50,871 bases of DNA from an uncultured Candidatus Saccharibacteria bacterium. Its GTDB lineage: Bacteria; Patescibacteriota; Minisyncoccia; Phycocordibacterales; UBA9973. The notes under the pieces were generated by a model that made no database searches, was not told the origin of the DNA, and saw only the letters and a list, made by a program, of their open reading frames with translations. The translations under genes and the position numbers were made by a program. Below, piece after piece: positions 1 to 10,270 of this stretch (positions within the stretch are counted from its first letter, which is position 1; each line of letters opens with the position of its first letter). The stretch is taken from positions 11,410 through 62,280 of the forward strand of contig CAYOYW010000001.1 of assembly GCA_964408305.1 (NCBI GenBank), given 5' to 3'.

Positions 1-384
1 TTTATTGAAACCATCTTCCTGGATATCATCTTCTTCAAAATAATCTAAACCAAATGCATAATCTCCTCGGCAAAACAGAAATCCGTTACTTGCTAAAAAG
101 TTAGTAACACCTGTATGCACTGAGGAGTCTATGCCTACAACAAATGCAACATCTTCTTTTGTCGGCCAACCTAAGAGGCTAATGTTATCGCTGTGGCGAT
201 GACTCCTCGTTAAGATTTTTGCATTTTCTTCCCATTTACTGAGATCGAAGTTTGTATCAAATGAAGTCATTACTCTGATGCGTGGCGACAATTCCTTAAA
301 GTAAGAAATCCATTTCTCTACATTACCTGCCGCTTCTTCAGTGACCATCTCTGGTTCTGGTGGTGGAGGAACTGAAAGGTCCAT
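1..384 (-). CDS. hypothetical protein, 5' part only (gene runs off the left edge)
   Basis: Not in the supplied track. A reverse-strand ATG at 384 opens a stop-free frame through base 1 (128 codons, MDLSVPPPPEPEMVTEEAAGNVEKWISYFKEL...). It is divergent from comM. No family recognised. Confidence 0.5.
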   Translation of the reverse strand, partial: MDLSVPPPPEPEMVTEEAAGNVEKWISYFKELSPRIRVMTSFDTNFDLSKWEENAKILTRSHRHSDNISLLGWPTKEDVAFVVGIDSSVHTGVTNFLASNGFLFCRGDYAFGLDYFEEDDIQEDGFNK

Positions 385-471
385 AGAAGTTTTTTGTAAC
401 CTTATCGCCCCTGGTGTGCATTGTCAACAACAAAAGATTTTGTTTTTTATGTGAAGCGTTATACTTTCTGT

Positions 472-1980
472 ATGGCTTTTTCAAAAGTACAAAGCGCACA
501 AGCAACAGGCCTTGGTGCAGCCGGTGTCACCGTGGAAGTTGATATTGCACGAGGACTATATCTTTTTCAAATAGTTGGACTCCCTGACAAATCAGTTGAA
601 GAATCTCGTGAGCGAGTTATTTCTGCACTTCGAAACTCACTCGACATAAATCCAAAATCTCAAAATGAGAAAGTAACCGTTTCACTTTCTCCTGCAGAAC
701 TTCGCAAAGAAGGAGCGTACTTTGATGTCGCAATTGCTCTTGGATACCTTTTGGCAACTGGTTTCATAAAACAAAACCTCGAGAGAAAACTTTTTATTGG
801 GGAACTCTCTTTGGATGGAGTAGTACGACCAGTACGCGGACTTCTCTCAATTGCAAAATGGGCAAAAGAGAACGGTTTCACAGAGCTCTTTATCCCAAAA
901 GAAAACGAGACTGAGGCTGCTTTTATTGAAGGAGTGTCTTTCTATCTCGTCCCCACACTTGCTGAGCTTGTTTCATTTTTAAACGGCACTGGAGAGCTTA
1001 CGCAAAGTACTTTTTCTCTGTTTCATCACACAGCACAAAAACCAACTATTGATTTTGGTGATATTAGAGGACAGGCTGCAGCAAAACGAGCGCTCACTAT
1101 TGCTGCAGCTGGTGGACACAATATTGTACTGTATGGACCACCGGGAACCGGTAAGACAATGCTTGCAAGAGCTTTTCATGGGATACTCCCACCACTTTCA
1201 ACTGAGGCCTTTCTTGATGTTGCCACAATTTATTCATCGATTGGACTTATTGATGACATTTTAAAAAATCCTATTCCGCTACGGAACCCTCACCATAGCG
1301 CTTCTCATGTTGCCATCATTGGTGGCGGACAACAATATATTCGCCCCGGTGATATTACACTCTCACATAATGGTGTTCTATATATGGACGAGTTCCCTGA
1401 ATTTGATAGAAGAGTTATAGAAGCACTTCGCGAACCATTGGAAGAAGGGCATATCACCGTTGCTCGTGCAAAAGGAAGTGTACGGTATCCAGCAAATTTT
1501 ATTTTGCTTGCTGCAATGAATCCCTGCCCCTGTGGGTACCGAGGCAGCGGTATTAAGCCTTGTTCTTGTAGCGGTATAGAACTTGCTCGCTATACAAAAA
1601 AACTTTCTGGCCCTATCATTGACCGAATTGATCTTTGGGTACCAGTGCAGCACATAGACTATGACAGCCTTCATGATATTGAAAGTCAAAAAGAAAGTGA
1701 AACAATCAGAGAAAAAGTTTCTGAAACAAGAAAACTCCAACACAAAAGAAGTAAAAAATTAAATAGTGAACTTTCAACAAACGAAGTCCAGCGGGCACAA
1801 GATATCACCCCAAAGGCACGAGCAACACTAAAAAGTTTTGCCGAACGAGCAAGGCTTTCTCCACGAGCATATTTGCGAACAATAAAAGTTGCACGAACAA
1901 TTGCAGATCTTGAAGGTTCGTCTTTGATAGAAGAATCGCATATTCTCGAAGCGCTTCAATATCGCCCAAAGTTTGATTAA
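472..1980 (+). CDS. comM: Mg-chelatase-like AAA+ protein ComM/YifB
   Basis: Track ORF 421..1980 trimmed to the first ATG (MAFSKVQSAQ...), which has TATACT 6 nt upstream (460-465). N-terminal VEVDIARGL..FQIVGLPDKSVEESRERV, Walker A GPPGTGKTM, Walker B-like LYMDEFPEF, and a C-terminal HILEALQYR typical of YifB/ComM. Confidence 0.9.
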   Translation: MAFSKVQSAQATGLGAAGVTVEVDIARGLYLFQIVGLPDKSVEESRERVISALRNSLDINPKSQNEKVTVSLSPAELRKEGAYFDVAIALGYLLATGFIKQNLERKLFIGELSLDGVVRPVRGLLSIAKWAKENGFTELFIPKENETEAAFIEGVSFYLVPTLAELVSFLNGTGELTQSTFSLFHHTAQKPTIDFGDIRGQAAAKRALTIAAAGGHNIVLYGPPGTGKTMLARAFHGILPPLSTEAFLDVATIYSSIGLIDDILKNPIPLRNPHHSASHVAIIGGGQQYIRPGDITLSHNGVLYMDEFPEFDRRVIEALREPLEEGHITVARAKGSVRYPANFILLAAMNPCPCGYRGSGIKPCSCSGIELARYTKKLSGPIIDRIDLWVPVQHIDYDSLHDIESQKESETIREKVSETRKLQHKRSKKLNSELSTNEVQRAQDITPKARATLKSFAERARLSPRAYLRTIKVARTIADLEGSSLIEESHILEALQYRPKFD

Positions 1981-1983
1981 AAA

Positions 1984-2010
1984 AAAACCTTCTCACACTG
2001 AGAAGGTTTT
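1984..2010. terminator. bidirectional hairpin terminator between convergent genes
   Basis: aaaaccttctc / acact / gagaaggtttt forms a perfect 11-bp stem flanked by an A-run and a T-run. It lies between the comM stop (1980) and the stop of the reverse gene at 2016. Confidence 0.6.
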
Positions 2011-2015
2011 TACTT

Positions 2016-2396
2016 TTATGATGAGGTACCTGTTCCTGGGTTTGAATCAAAACTTCCATCGGAGTCCATCTCAACACAATCTTCTCCAACATAGTACTCG
2101 CACTGACCACCACTTGAGTATGAACCAAGGAGATAGGTACCGTAAATATTATTATTTGAAAAAAGACGAGCGCTACCGTCATAAATGAGTGCGAGCATAC
2201 CACCACTACCGGTTGCATAATTCTGTATGTAGATGAGTTGATTTCCTGTGCAGGTACATGAGAAGGTCATAATTTTCATACCGCCAAAGTAATTTGCTGC
2301 ATCAACACGACTTGGGCGAAAACCAAAAGCAGTAGAAATAAATGCAAAAAGAGCAATAAGAAGAGAGAGGGTTGTATTTTTTATCGTTGTCTTCAT
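2016..2396 (-). CDS. small secreted Cys-containing hypothetical protein
   Basis: Signal-peptide-like N-terminus MKTTIKNTTLSLLIALFAFISTAFG. The start is adjacent to the stop of the upstream gene (2398), suggesting an operon. No family recognised. Confidence 0.6.
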   Translation of the reverse strand: MKTTIKNTTLSLLIALFAFISTAFGFRPSRVDAANYFGGMKIMTFSCTCTGNQLIYIQNYATGSGGMLALIYDGSARLFSNNNIYGTYLLGSYSSGGQCEYYVGEDCVEMDSDGSFDSNPGTGTSS

Positions 2397-2397
2397 G

Positions 2398-3180
2398 TTA
2401 GTGTAAGAGAGTTTTAATATCTATACTGATAGAGACTGTATTACTTGTGCCATTACCATTCTTAACCAAAAGTATAGCACGCACAAATGTCTTTCCATTT
2501 TCAACATAAATATTTCCTCCACTAAGGTTCGCGACAAATGCCGTAAGTATTGCATCATAGGAAGCTGTATTTTTATAAGGGGCAAGTTGTGCTCGTACTT
2601 TTTCTACCGCCGAAGAACTGAAAGGGAATGAGAGTGTTTTGCCATCAACAGAGCTATAAGAACCGATTGGTTTATCACTATCACTGACAATAATAATGCT
2701 ATTTCCTGTTGGTAAAAAGTTAGCACCTGAGAGGGTAAGCATCTCGGGGCTCTTGGTTATAACTGTAGGACTGACACTTTCAATATTTGGAGAAAGAGTC
2801 GTCTGTGTGTTGCCAGAAGTAACTGTTGTGTTTGTTGAAGCAGTACTTGGATAGAGCTTACGAAGCTTTACTCTCGTCATAGCACCAACGACACCGGTTG
2901 GAAAAGAGACTCCTGCGGGATAAAGTATTTCGCTTGCATATTTTGTCTGAAACCGTATAACCGCTGCTTTAGTGAGCGAACCAAAATAAAGGGTTTCTTT
3001 TCCAGGGCTTCCTATCCCCGTATCAGCAATTCTTGTTTCAGGGTCTTTATTTAAAAGTATTTGCAACTCCTTTACTTCAGCACCAGTTGAACCAAGCTTT
3101 AATGTCCTTGTAATCTCTGCATGAGAAGTATTTGAAGCTATAAAGAAAAGGAGGATGCTAAAGGAGATTATTTTCTTCAT
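2398..3180 (-). CDS. secreted peptidoglycan-binding-domain protein
   Basis: Signal peptide MKKIISFSILLFFIASNTSHA. PG_binding_1-like segment LKLGSTGAEVKELQILLNK...GSLTKAAVIRFQ. The C-terminal half is beta-rich (IPT/Ig-like by eye). Confidence 0.75.
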   Translation of the reverse strand: MKKIISFSILLFFIASNTSHAEITRTLKLGSTGAEVKELQILLNKDPETRIADTGIGSPGKETLYFGSLTKAAVIRFQTKYASEILYPAGVSFPTGVVGAMTRVKLRKLYPSTASTNTTVTSGNTQTTLSPNIESVSPTVITKSPEMLTLSGANFLPTGNSIIIVSDSDKPIGSYSSVDGKTLSFPFSSSAVEKVRAQLAPYKNTASYDAILTAFVANLSGGNIYVENGKTFVRAILLVKNGNGTSNTVSISIDIKTLLH

Positions 3181-3204
3181 CCAGAAAGTGTATCACGAAA
3201 GTAA

Positions 3205-4266
3205 CTAGAACTGCGTTCCTTTTTTGGTACCAACCCACGGGTTTATACCACCACGAACTTCAAAATGAAGATGGGGTCCAGTCGAACGGCCAGTATTTCC
3301 TGAGAGTGCTATTTTTTCTAGTTGCTTTGCGGTATCACCAACTTCAACATAAACAGCAGAGAGGTGGCCATAGAGCGTCTGTGTTCCATTTGAGTGTTCA
3401 AGAACAATGTATTTACCATATCCACCGTTATAACCTGATGATTTTGCAACAATAACAGTACCTTCTGCAGCAGCAAGAACAGGTGTCCCGACTGGGGCTC
3501 CAAAATCAACAGCATTATATCCATGGGCACCTTGTGTCAAAACTGCACCTGGAATAGGGAATGAGAAATAACTATCTTTTATTTCGTCAGTTTTATTTTC
3601 TTCCTTGTCTTCCCCAGTAAGTTCTTGTTTTGTAGTCGCAGTAACAGTTTTTACCTCCACTTCATCTTTCTTTAGAGAAACGCTATTTGTTTTTAAGGCT
3701 ACTTTTTCGTTTTGAGAAAGAACCGGGAGCTCTGCGTTTGGAATGATGAGCTTCATACCAACCTTAATTGGTTTTCCGTCTTCAAGATCATTAAAGGAAA
3801 CAATTTCATCAGCATCTGCATCAAGTTTTGCTGCAATACCACTCAAAGTATCCCCCTTTTTTACTGTGTATTGAATTCCGCTCACCGGAAGAATAGTGAG
3901 TTTTTGACCAACCTTAATAATTGACTTTTTATTCAGATCGTTTGCCCAGAGAATAGTGTTTGTTGAAATAGAGAACTTCTCAGCAATTGTTGAAAGATTG
4001 TCGCCAGCCTGAACAATATAGGTAGTAATAACAGGCTTGTCATTAGTAGTATTTGTTATAGGCTCTTGGGGTACTGTTATATCAGGCTCAAGTACTGCAT
4101 CTGGTGCAACAATACTACTGTCTTTAACTGCAGTAGAATCAGCCAATGAAATGGTAGTGAGCTGTTTTGCAAACAGCATGAGAACACCGCCATTGACGAG
4201 AAAAAGGCCAAAAACTATGAGAAACATGTGTTTAGGACGCATGTTTTTTGTTTTTAGAGAAACCAT
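3205..4266 (-). CDS. LysM-domain M23 family metallopeptidase
   Basis: N-terminal TM helix. Two LysM repeats (YIVQAGDNLSTIAEKFSIS..., YTVKKGDTLSGIAAKLDAD...). M23 signature GYNAVDFGAPVGTPVLAAAEGTV ... GNTGRSTGPHLHFEVR. Confidence 0.9.
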   Translation of the reverse strand: MVSLKTKNMRPKHMFLIVFGLFLVNGGVLMLFAKQLTTISLADSTAVKDSSIVAPDAVLEPDITVPQEPITNTTNDKPVITTYIVQAGDNLSTIAEKFSISTNTILWANDLNKKSIIKVGQKLTILPVSGIQYTVKKGDTLSGIAAKLDADADEIVSFNDLEDGKPIKVGMKLIIPNAELPVLSQNEKVALKTNSVSLKKDEVEVKTVTATTKQELTGEDKEENKTDEIKDSYFSFPIPGAVLTQGAHGYNAVDFGAPVGTPVLAAAEGTVIVAKSSGYNGGYGKYIVLEHSNGTQTLYGHLSAVYVEVGDTAKQLEKIALSGNTGRSTGPHLHFEVRGGINPWVGTKKGTQF

Positions 4267-4372
4267 AGGGTTACAAAGAACTATGATAGCAGATGTTTAG
4301 ACCTATCTTTCATTTGGCTATAGCTTTCATAATTCGTCAATTTTTACTACTCTGGGGTACACTTGGTGCACA

Positions 4373-6277
4373 ATGACGCTTGAAGGGCTAAACAATGCAC
4401 AAAAAAAAGCAGTTTCTTGTACAGAAGGACCACTCCTTATTGTTGCAGGAGCTGGTGCAGGAAAAACAAAAACACTTGTTCATCGAATAGCACACCTTAT
4501 TTCTCTTGGAGTAAGACCTGGGAGTATCCTTGCGGTTACTTTTACAAATAAAGCTGCAAAAGAGATGCGTGAACGGGTAGAGCATATGGTGCAAAAGGTC
4601 TCCCTCCCAAAAGAAAGCACCCCATTTGTCAGTACTTTTCACAGCTTTTGTGTATACCTCCTTCGAAAATTTGGTATCCATCAAAGGAAAGTGCTTCGTT
4701 TCACCATACTGGACGACGCAGATACTATGAGTCTTATAAAAGAATCCCTTATGGATATGGGACTCGATCCCAAAATGCATGATCCGAGGAGGATTCGAGG
4801 GCTTATAAGTAGGTGTGCAAACGCACTCCAAAAGCCAGAGGATCTCGCTTCAGAGAGCAATCCAACATATCGTCTTACTGGAAGGGTATGGGCTTTATAC
4901 GAAAAGAAAAAAAGGCAACAACGGGCTGTTGATTTTGACGATCTCCTTATTGAGTGTGTAACACTTCTTGAAAACGATACAGAAGTGCGGCAGTGGTGTC
5001 AGAATACTTGGCATTATATTCATATTGACGAATATCAAGATACAAACGAAGTACAATATCGAATAGCGAAAGCACTTGCCGGTGAGAGAAAAAATATTTG
5101 CGTCGTAGGAGATGCTGACCAAAGTATTTATTCATGGCGCGGTGCAAATATAAAAAATATTTTAGATTTTGAAAGAGACTATCCAGAAGCAACAACTGTG
5201 CTTCTCGAAGAGAATTATCGTTCAACAAAAAAAGTACTTTCTGCTGCAAACGAAGTGATTGCAAAAAACACCCACCGCACACCAAAAAATCTCTTTACCA
5301 GCAAAGAAGACGGAGAGCATATCTCACTCTATGGCGCTTATGATGAAACAGACGAAGCTCGGTTTATTGTAGAGCGGTGTATTGAAAGACTTGATAGAGG
5401 AGTGCCAGCAAGTGACATAGCAGTACTTTTTCGAGCAAACTTTCAATCAAGAATCCTTGAAGAAGCATTCCTTGCGCATAGCATCCCATATCAAGTACTT
5501 GGTGTTCGTTTTTTTGAAAGAAAAGAAATAAAAGATGTCCTCTCTTATATTAGAGCAGCACTTATTCCTGAAAACACGCTCGATATTAAGCGAGTTATAA
5601 ACACTCCCGTTCGGGGTATCGGAAAGACAACAGTCACCAAGCTTTTTACAGAGGGTAAAGCAGCACTTTCTGGAAAAGCACTTGTTTCGGTAACTAATTT
5701 TTTTGATCTTTTAGAAAAAATTCGTGACTATGCACAGACACATGTTCCCAGCGAACTCCTAAAATTTGTTATTAACGAGAGCGGACTTGCTGCTTCTTTT
5801 ACTGATGAGCCAAGTGGGGATGAAAGACTTGAAAATCTCAAAGAGCTCGTAACACTTGGACTTCGCTATGATCACTTTGGAAATACTGTTGGCGTAGAAA
5901 AGCTTATTGAAGAAGCAACACTTGCCTCTGACCAAGACGGGCTCGACGAGCACACAAAAGGAGTAAAACTGATGACTATTCATGCCGCAAAAGGTCTTGA
6001 ATTCAACACGGTCTTTATTACAGGACTTGAACATGGACTTTTCCCGCACGAACGAGGCGAACGGCTTACTGGTGCCGACGCAGAAGAAGAACGGAGGCTT
6101 ATGTATGTCGCACTCACCAGAGCGCGAGAAAAGCTTTATCTTACTTATGCAAGTATCCGTACCATCTATGGGGCTCGTGACATTCGTTTACCTTCGGAGT
6201 TTCTTTCTGATATTCCTGATGAACTTCTTACTCGTGAAAGCAGAGCAGGTGAATCTGGGTTTACGGTTTATCTCTAA
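4373..6277 (+). CDS. uvrD: UvrD/PcrA-type ATP-dependent DNA helicase
   Basis: Motif I AGAGAGKTKTL, motif II DEYQDTN, motif VI-like VALTRAREKL, and TIHAAKGLEF. 634 aa. Confidence 0.92.
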   Translation: MTLEGLNNAQKKAVSCTEGPLLIVAGAGAGKTKTLVHRIAHLISLGVRPGSILAVTFTNKAAKEMRERVEHMVQKVSLPKESTPFVSTFHSFCVYLLRKFGIHQRKVLRFTILDDADTMSLIKESLMDMGLDPKMHDPRRIRGLISRCANALQKPEDLASESNPTYRLTGRVWALYEKKKRQQRAVDFDDLLIECVTLLENDTEVRQWCQNTWHYIHIDEYQDTNEVQYRIAKALAGERKNICVVGDADQSIYSWRGANIKNILDFERDYPEATTVLLEENYRSTKKVLSAANEVIAKNTHRTPKNLFTSKEDGEHISLYGAYDETDEARFIVERCIERLDRGVPASDIAVLFRANFQSRILEEAFLAHSIPYQVLGVRFFERKEIKDVLSYIRAALIPENTLDIKRVINTPVRGIGKTTVTKLFTEGKAALSGKALVSVTNFFDLLEKIRDYAQTHVPSELLKFVINESGLAASFTDEPSGDERLENLKELVTLGLRYDHFGNTVGVEKLIEEATLASDQDGLDEHTKGVKLMTIHAAKGLEFNTVFITGLEHGLFPHERGERLTGADAEEERRLMYVALTRAREKLYLTYASIRTIYGARDIRLPSEFLSDIPDELLTRESRAGESGFTVYL

Positions 6278-6294
6278 ATCGTTATAGTGTTTCT

Positions 6295-7083
6295 ATGAAA
6301 GCTAAAAAATCTCTCGGGCAACATTTTCTTACTTCACAAAAAGCACTTGCTGATATTGTTGGCGCAGGAGATATTCATACAGATGATGTTGTCCTTGAAA
6401 TCGGACCAGGGAAAGGGGTACTTACTGAGAAACTGATGTATCTCGCAGACAAAGTAATTGCGGTAGAAAAAGATACCGAACTTATTCCGCTCTTGCAAGA
6501 AAAATTTCATGAAGCAATAGAAAAAGAGCGGCTTGAAATTCTTCCGAGAGATATTTTGAAATTTAACCCTGAAATACTTCGTTTTTATAAAAAGCCTTAT
6601 AAGCTCATCGCAAATATTCCTTACTATATAACAGGGGCAATCATTGAACAGTTTCTCTCAACCTCCTATCAACCTTCTCTTATGGTGCTTTTGATACAAA
6701 AAGAAGTCGCCGATCGAATCATCGCGCGCGATGGAAAACAAAGCGTGCTTTCGATCGCTGTTTCTGTCTATGGAGTGCCAAAAATTATTTCAAAAGTTCC
6801 GGCTGGAGCATTTACTCCTCCGCCCAAAGTTGATTCAGCTATTATTTTGATTGAAACTATCTCAAGAAGTTTTTTCAAAGACACAGACGAAAGATTATTT
6901 TTTAATGTTCTGAAAGCTTGTTTTGGTAAAAAGCGAAAACAGATTGTAGGAAGTCTCACTGATTTCACAGGAGAGAGAATAAAAGCAAGGACCGCACTGC
7001 AAATTGCACAAATAGCAGAATCAGAGCGACCAGAGAATCTTTCAAAAGAAGATTGGAAAAGATTAGTAAAGGCACTGTCATAA
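6295..7083 (+). CDS. rsmA: 16S rRNA (adenine1518/1519-N6)-dimethyltransferase
   Basis: KKSLGQHFL, the SAM-binding VLEIGPGKGVLT, and NIPYYIT, the classical KsgA/RsmA motifs. Confidence 0.92.
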   Translation: MKAKKSLGQHFLTSQKALADIVGAGDIHTDDVVLEIGPGKGVLTEKLMYLADKVIAVEKDTELIPLLQEKFHEAIEKERLEILPRDILKFNPEILRFYKKPYKLIANIPYYITGAIIEQFLSTSYQPSLMVLLIQKEVADRIIARDGKQSVLSIAVSVYGVPKIISKVPAGAFTPPPKVDSAIILIETISRSFFKDTDERLFFNVLKACFGKKRKQIVGSLTDFTGERIKARTALQIAQIAESERPENLSKEDWKRLVKALS

Positions 7084-7105
7084 GTAGTGTATACTTTCTT
7101 TTATA

Positions 7106-8008
7106 ATGGAAACGGAAGAAAATCGTACTTCGTATAAGCCAAGTAGACAGTTCCTGCTACGAGGAAGTATTGCTACAGGAACAATCATTCTCATTCTTAT
7201 TTTTCAAACGCAGTGGTTTGCGCATCTCTTCGTAAAAAAAGAGAAAGCTTCTCTTACTCAAACACCTGAAACTGTTGGCGGGCTCATTTCAAAAGATACA
7301 AACGGAAATGGTATTCCTGATTGGGAAGAAAAACTTTGGGGGCTTAACCCGGCAGTGCTCTATACAAATGGCATTTCAAATAAACAAATTATAGAAGAAC
7401 GAAAAAAGACGCTCGGTATCAGTGAGACAAAAAATGCGCCACTTAACGAAACTGATCTTCTTGCACAGCAGCTCTTTAGTATCACTGGAGCGCTCGATGC
7501 CTCAGGACAGAGCGCTGAGACACTAAATACAATTGGTGCAGATCTTGGAAACTCAATAAAGGTAAAGCCTGTATCAAATACCTACACAAGCAGTAATATA
7601 AAAACTGTTCAAACAACCACAGCCTCACTCAAGACATACTATGATGCTGTTACAAAAGTTGTTTCAACCTATAAAACAGAAGTAAGCAGTATTGACATAC
7701 TCGTGTCTTCCCTTGAAACAGGGGACTTTAGCCGTATCGACGACATTAAAAAGACCGCAGCACTCTACTTAGACTTTAGTAAGAAGCTCCAGAAAATACC
7801 GGTACCTATAGGTATTGCTGAGTACCACCTCTCCCTTATGAATGGTTTTGCAGGTATGGCTAAGTCATTTGACTACCTTCTTGATATTGAAGACAACGGG
7901 GTGAACGCACTTGCTGGTATTAGTATTTACAAAAACTATGCGAGTCGTGTTGAAGAGTCTCTCACGAAGCTCAATGATTATTTTGTAGAGTACGGTATAC
8001 TACGATAG
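7106..8008 (+). CDS. N-terminally membrane-anchored hypothetical protein
   Basis: One TM helix (GSIATGTIILILIFQTQWFAHLF), followed by a DTNGNGIPDWEEKLWGLNP acidic loop motif and a helical domain. TATACT at 7090-7095. Confidence 0.6.
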   Translation: METEENRTSYKPSRQFLLRGSIATGTIILILIFQTQWFAHLFVKKEKASLTQTPETVGGLISKDTNGNGIPDWEEKLWGLNPAVLYTNGISNKQIIEERKKTLGISETKNAPLNETDLLAQQLFSITGALDASGQSAETLNTIGADLGNSIKVKPVSNTYTSSNIKTVQTTTASLKTYYDAVTKVVSTYKTEVSSIDILVSSLETGDFSRIDDIKKTAALYLDFSKKLQKIPVPIGIAEYHLSLMNGFAGMAKSFDYLLDIEDNGVNALAGISIYKNYASRVEESLTKLNDYFVEYGILR

Positions 8009-8012
8009 TACT

Positions 8013-10265
8013 ATGTATAAGGTAAAATTCTTTATTCTTTTCTCTCTCATCATCTCTCTTGGGACTACTCCTCTTATTTCTTTCGCCCAAACAACAGGTG
8101 GTGGTTCATACGATCCAAATGCTTCATCAACAACAGGAAAAAGTTTTTCTGGAAGTAGTTTCAGTGGTGTCGGTGGAGCAGTTGCAGGATGTGCAAATGT
8201 TGGCGGCATGCTTGTAGGAGCAGTGAGCGGTCTTTTTAGTAAGTCAGATAGCAGTAGCGGGAGTGGGGGAAGTAGTGTTACTGGAAATCAACCTCATAGC
8301 TGGGGGGATGGTTCCGAAGAAAATGGTGGCGGTCAAGATGTCCCAACAAATGATACCTCTACCCAAGGAGAAGTAAGCCAAGTTAAAAAAGAGGAAAAAA
8401 AAGCAAACAGAACAACAGAGTGTTTGAATGGTGTTGCGTATGCGGTTGCAAAAACACTCCTGCAACAAGTTTCAAATAAAACGCTCAACTGGGTAAACAA
8501 AGGGCTCGGGGGAAACCCGCTTTATGTGCAAGACCTCTCTTCAAATCTTCGAACAATTAGAGATGAGAAGCTACAAACATACCTCAACACAGTCAATGAC
8601 GAAAACCCTATCTTTGGAAACGCAATCCGTTCTGCAGTAACACAGCAAGTGACAGGCATTAGCGATGGTTACTTAAACAAACCTATGAACACCCCTGAAG
8701 CAAAGCAGTACCAAGCATTTCAGCAAAACTTCTCAAGTGGTGGATGGGGTGCGCTCCTTAATATGAACAACAACCCTGTCGGAGCCCTCTTTAATAGTTC
8801 TGATAAGATTGCGGGCTCCATTGGAATAGAACAAAAAAATAGAACTGATGAGGTACAGAGAAACAATGGCTTCCTTGATATGCGACAATGTGTGGAATAT
8901 AAAGAAAAGCCAACAAATGAAGAGGTGACCTGTAACGGAGGTATTCCAAAAAGTGATCTCCCTGCAGGAACAGCATGTTATCCAGATATTACAACGACAA
9001 CAGATAGTGTCAGTACAAGAGAGTGTCTTCGGTATAAAACAGTAACTCCAGGTTCAGTGATTTCAGATCAGGTCAAAAATGTCCTTGGCTCAAACACAAG
9101 ACAGCTTGAACTAGCAGATAGTATCAACGAAGTTCTCGGGGCATTTTTTGACCAGCTTATTAACAACCTTTTCCAAAGAGGGCTTGCATCCTTGCAGGGT
9201 GGTGGAAGTAAAAATGGCGGTGTTGGAAATGGCTTTGGTTCGTTTGGAAGCAATGTTGTGATTGCAACGAACGGCTCTGTTATAGGAAACGGTGCAAGTA
9301 GTAATGTGTTTGGCTATCGAAACCCAGGAAGTGGATACGATGTACAAGACTTTGATATTTCTCGACCACAAATGCTTCGTAGTGTCCTCCAAGCTCAGTA
9401 CAACTTCTTAAATGCAAGTAAAGATTCCCAAATAGCAATGCGGTCAGTTGTTCCAACACTTGGTGCGCTTGATTACTGTATTCCAGGACCAAACCCTACC
9501 TGGGCAGACGGGCTAGATACTAATTTCCAAAACTTTATAGGATCATTTACCACACCGTCACGAGATAGAACATTTGCTGGAAAGTTCCTTTCTGCCGCAA
9601 CAAGTAGCACTATTCAGGCAATTGTGAAGCTTTTTGGTGGTGGAGGAAATACAAAAGAGCTCAACTATGTTCTTGTTGGAGAGCCAGAGCTTTTCAATAA
9701 AGTTAGTGGTGGTACCCGAAGTATGGGCGTATGGGAGTATGACTACTATACAAAAGACTATGCTCGAGGAGTAAAAAATGTTGATGGTGATTGGATTCGT
9801 AACTGGCTTGCTGATGGATACAACCGTATTGTTGCCAAGTATCAAACAAACTTTACTCAACCAAAGATAACCGCACTCTTTACTGCTGTTGACCCAGATA
9901 CTGCTCGAGCAAAGAACTTTGTTAAAGAGTCCCTCAAAGAAACAGCAAATCTCATTTCATATGCAAACAATACAACAGAGCTTGATATAAACTACGACCA
10001 AGCAATTAGTGAAAAAGAAGATCAAATAGCAGAACTTGAGGAAATTAGAAGAGAGGCGCTCCAAATAGTAAAAGCGGCAAAAGCGCGACATATTGCCGAA
10101 CAAGCAGCAGCAGGAACACCGGTAAATCTTGCTTGTATCAATAAAGCATATGTTATTGATGAAAGCCCTATTACTGGACAGGCGAGAAAAGAATCAGACA
10201 TACCAAATCCTATTATTCAAAAAGCTCGAGACGCAAATAGGTATTTCTATGATCACCTAAATTAA
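8013..10265 (+). CDS. large secreted hypothetical protein (750 aa)
   Basis: Signal peptide MYKVKFFILFSLIISLGTTPLISFAQ. A Gly/Ser-rich low-complexity stretch, several Cys pairs, and a C-terminal coiled-coil-like segment (EKEDQIAELEEIRREALQIVKAAKARH). No family recognised. Confidence 0.65.
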   Translation: MYKVKFFILFSLIISLGTTPLISFAQTTGGGSYDPNASSTTGKSFSGSSFSGVGGAVAGCANVGGMLVGAVSGLFSKSDSSSGSGGSSVTGNQPHSWGDGSEENGGGQDVPTNDTSTQGEVSQVKKEEKKANRTTECLNGVAYAVAKTLLQQVSNKTLNWVNKGLGGNPLYVQDLSSNLRTIRDEKLQTYLNTVNDENPIFGNAIRSAVTQQVTGISDGYLNKPMNTPEAKQYQAFQQNFSSGGWGALLNMNNNPVGALFNSSDKIAGSIGIEQKNRTDEVQRNNGFLDMRQCVEYKEKPTNEEVTCNGGIPKSDLPAGTACYPDITTTTDSVSTRECLRYKTVTPGSVISDQVKNVLGSNTRQLELADSINEVLGAFFDQLINNLFQRGLASLQGGGSKNGGVGNGFGSFGSNVVIATNGSVIGNGASSNVFGYRNPGSGYDVQDFDISRPQMLRSVLQAQYNFLNASKDSQIAMRSVVPTLGALDYCIPGPNPTWADGLDTNFQNFIGSFTTPSRDRTFAGKFLSAATSSTIQAIVKLFGGGGNTKELNYVLVGEPELFNKVSGGTRSMGVWEYDYYTKDYARGVKNVDGDWIRNWLADGYNRIVAKYQTNFTQPKITALFTAVDPDTARAKNFVKESLKETANLISYANNTTELDINYDQAISEKEDQIAELEEIRREALQIVKAAKARHIAEQAAAGTPVNLACINKAYVIDESPITGQARKESDIPNPIIQKARDANRYFYDHLN

Positions 10266-10270
10266 ATTTT

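Noticed and set aside
421-471. N-terminal extensions of several track ORFs (421, 15205, 23970, 29440, 38120, 39238, 41350, 41819, 47953, 48226)
   Set aside because: In each case an internal ATG gives the family-typical N-terminus or signal peptide. It is usually preceded by a TATACT-like box 6-12 nt upstream. The extension would often overlap a terminator or a neighbouring gene.
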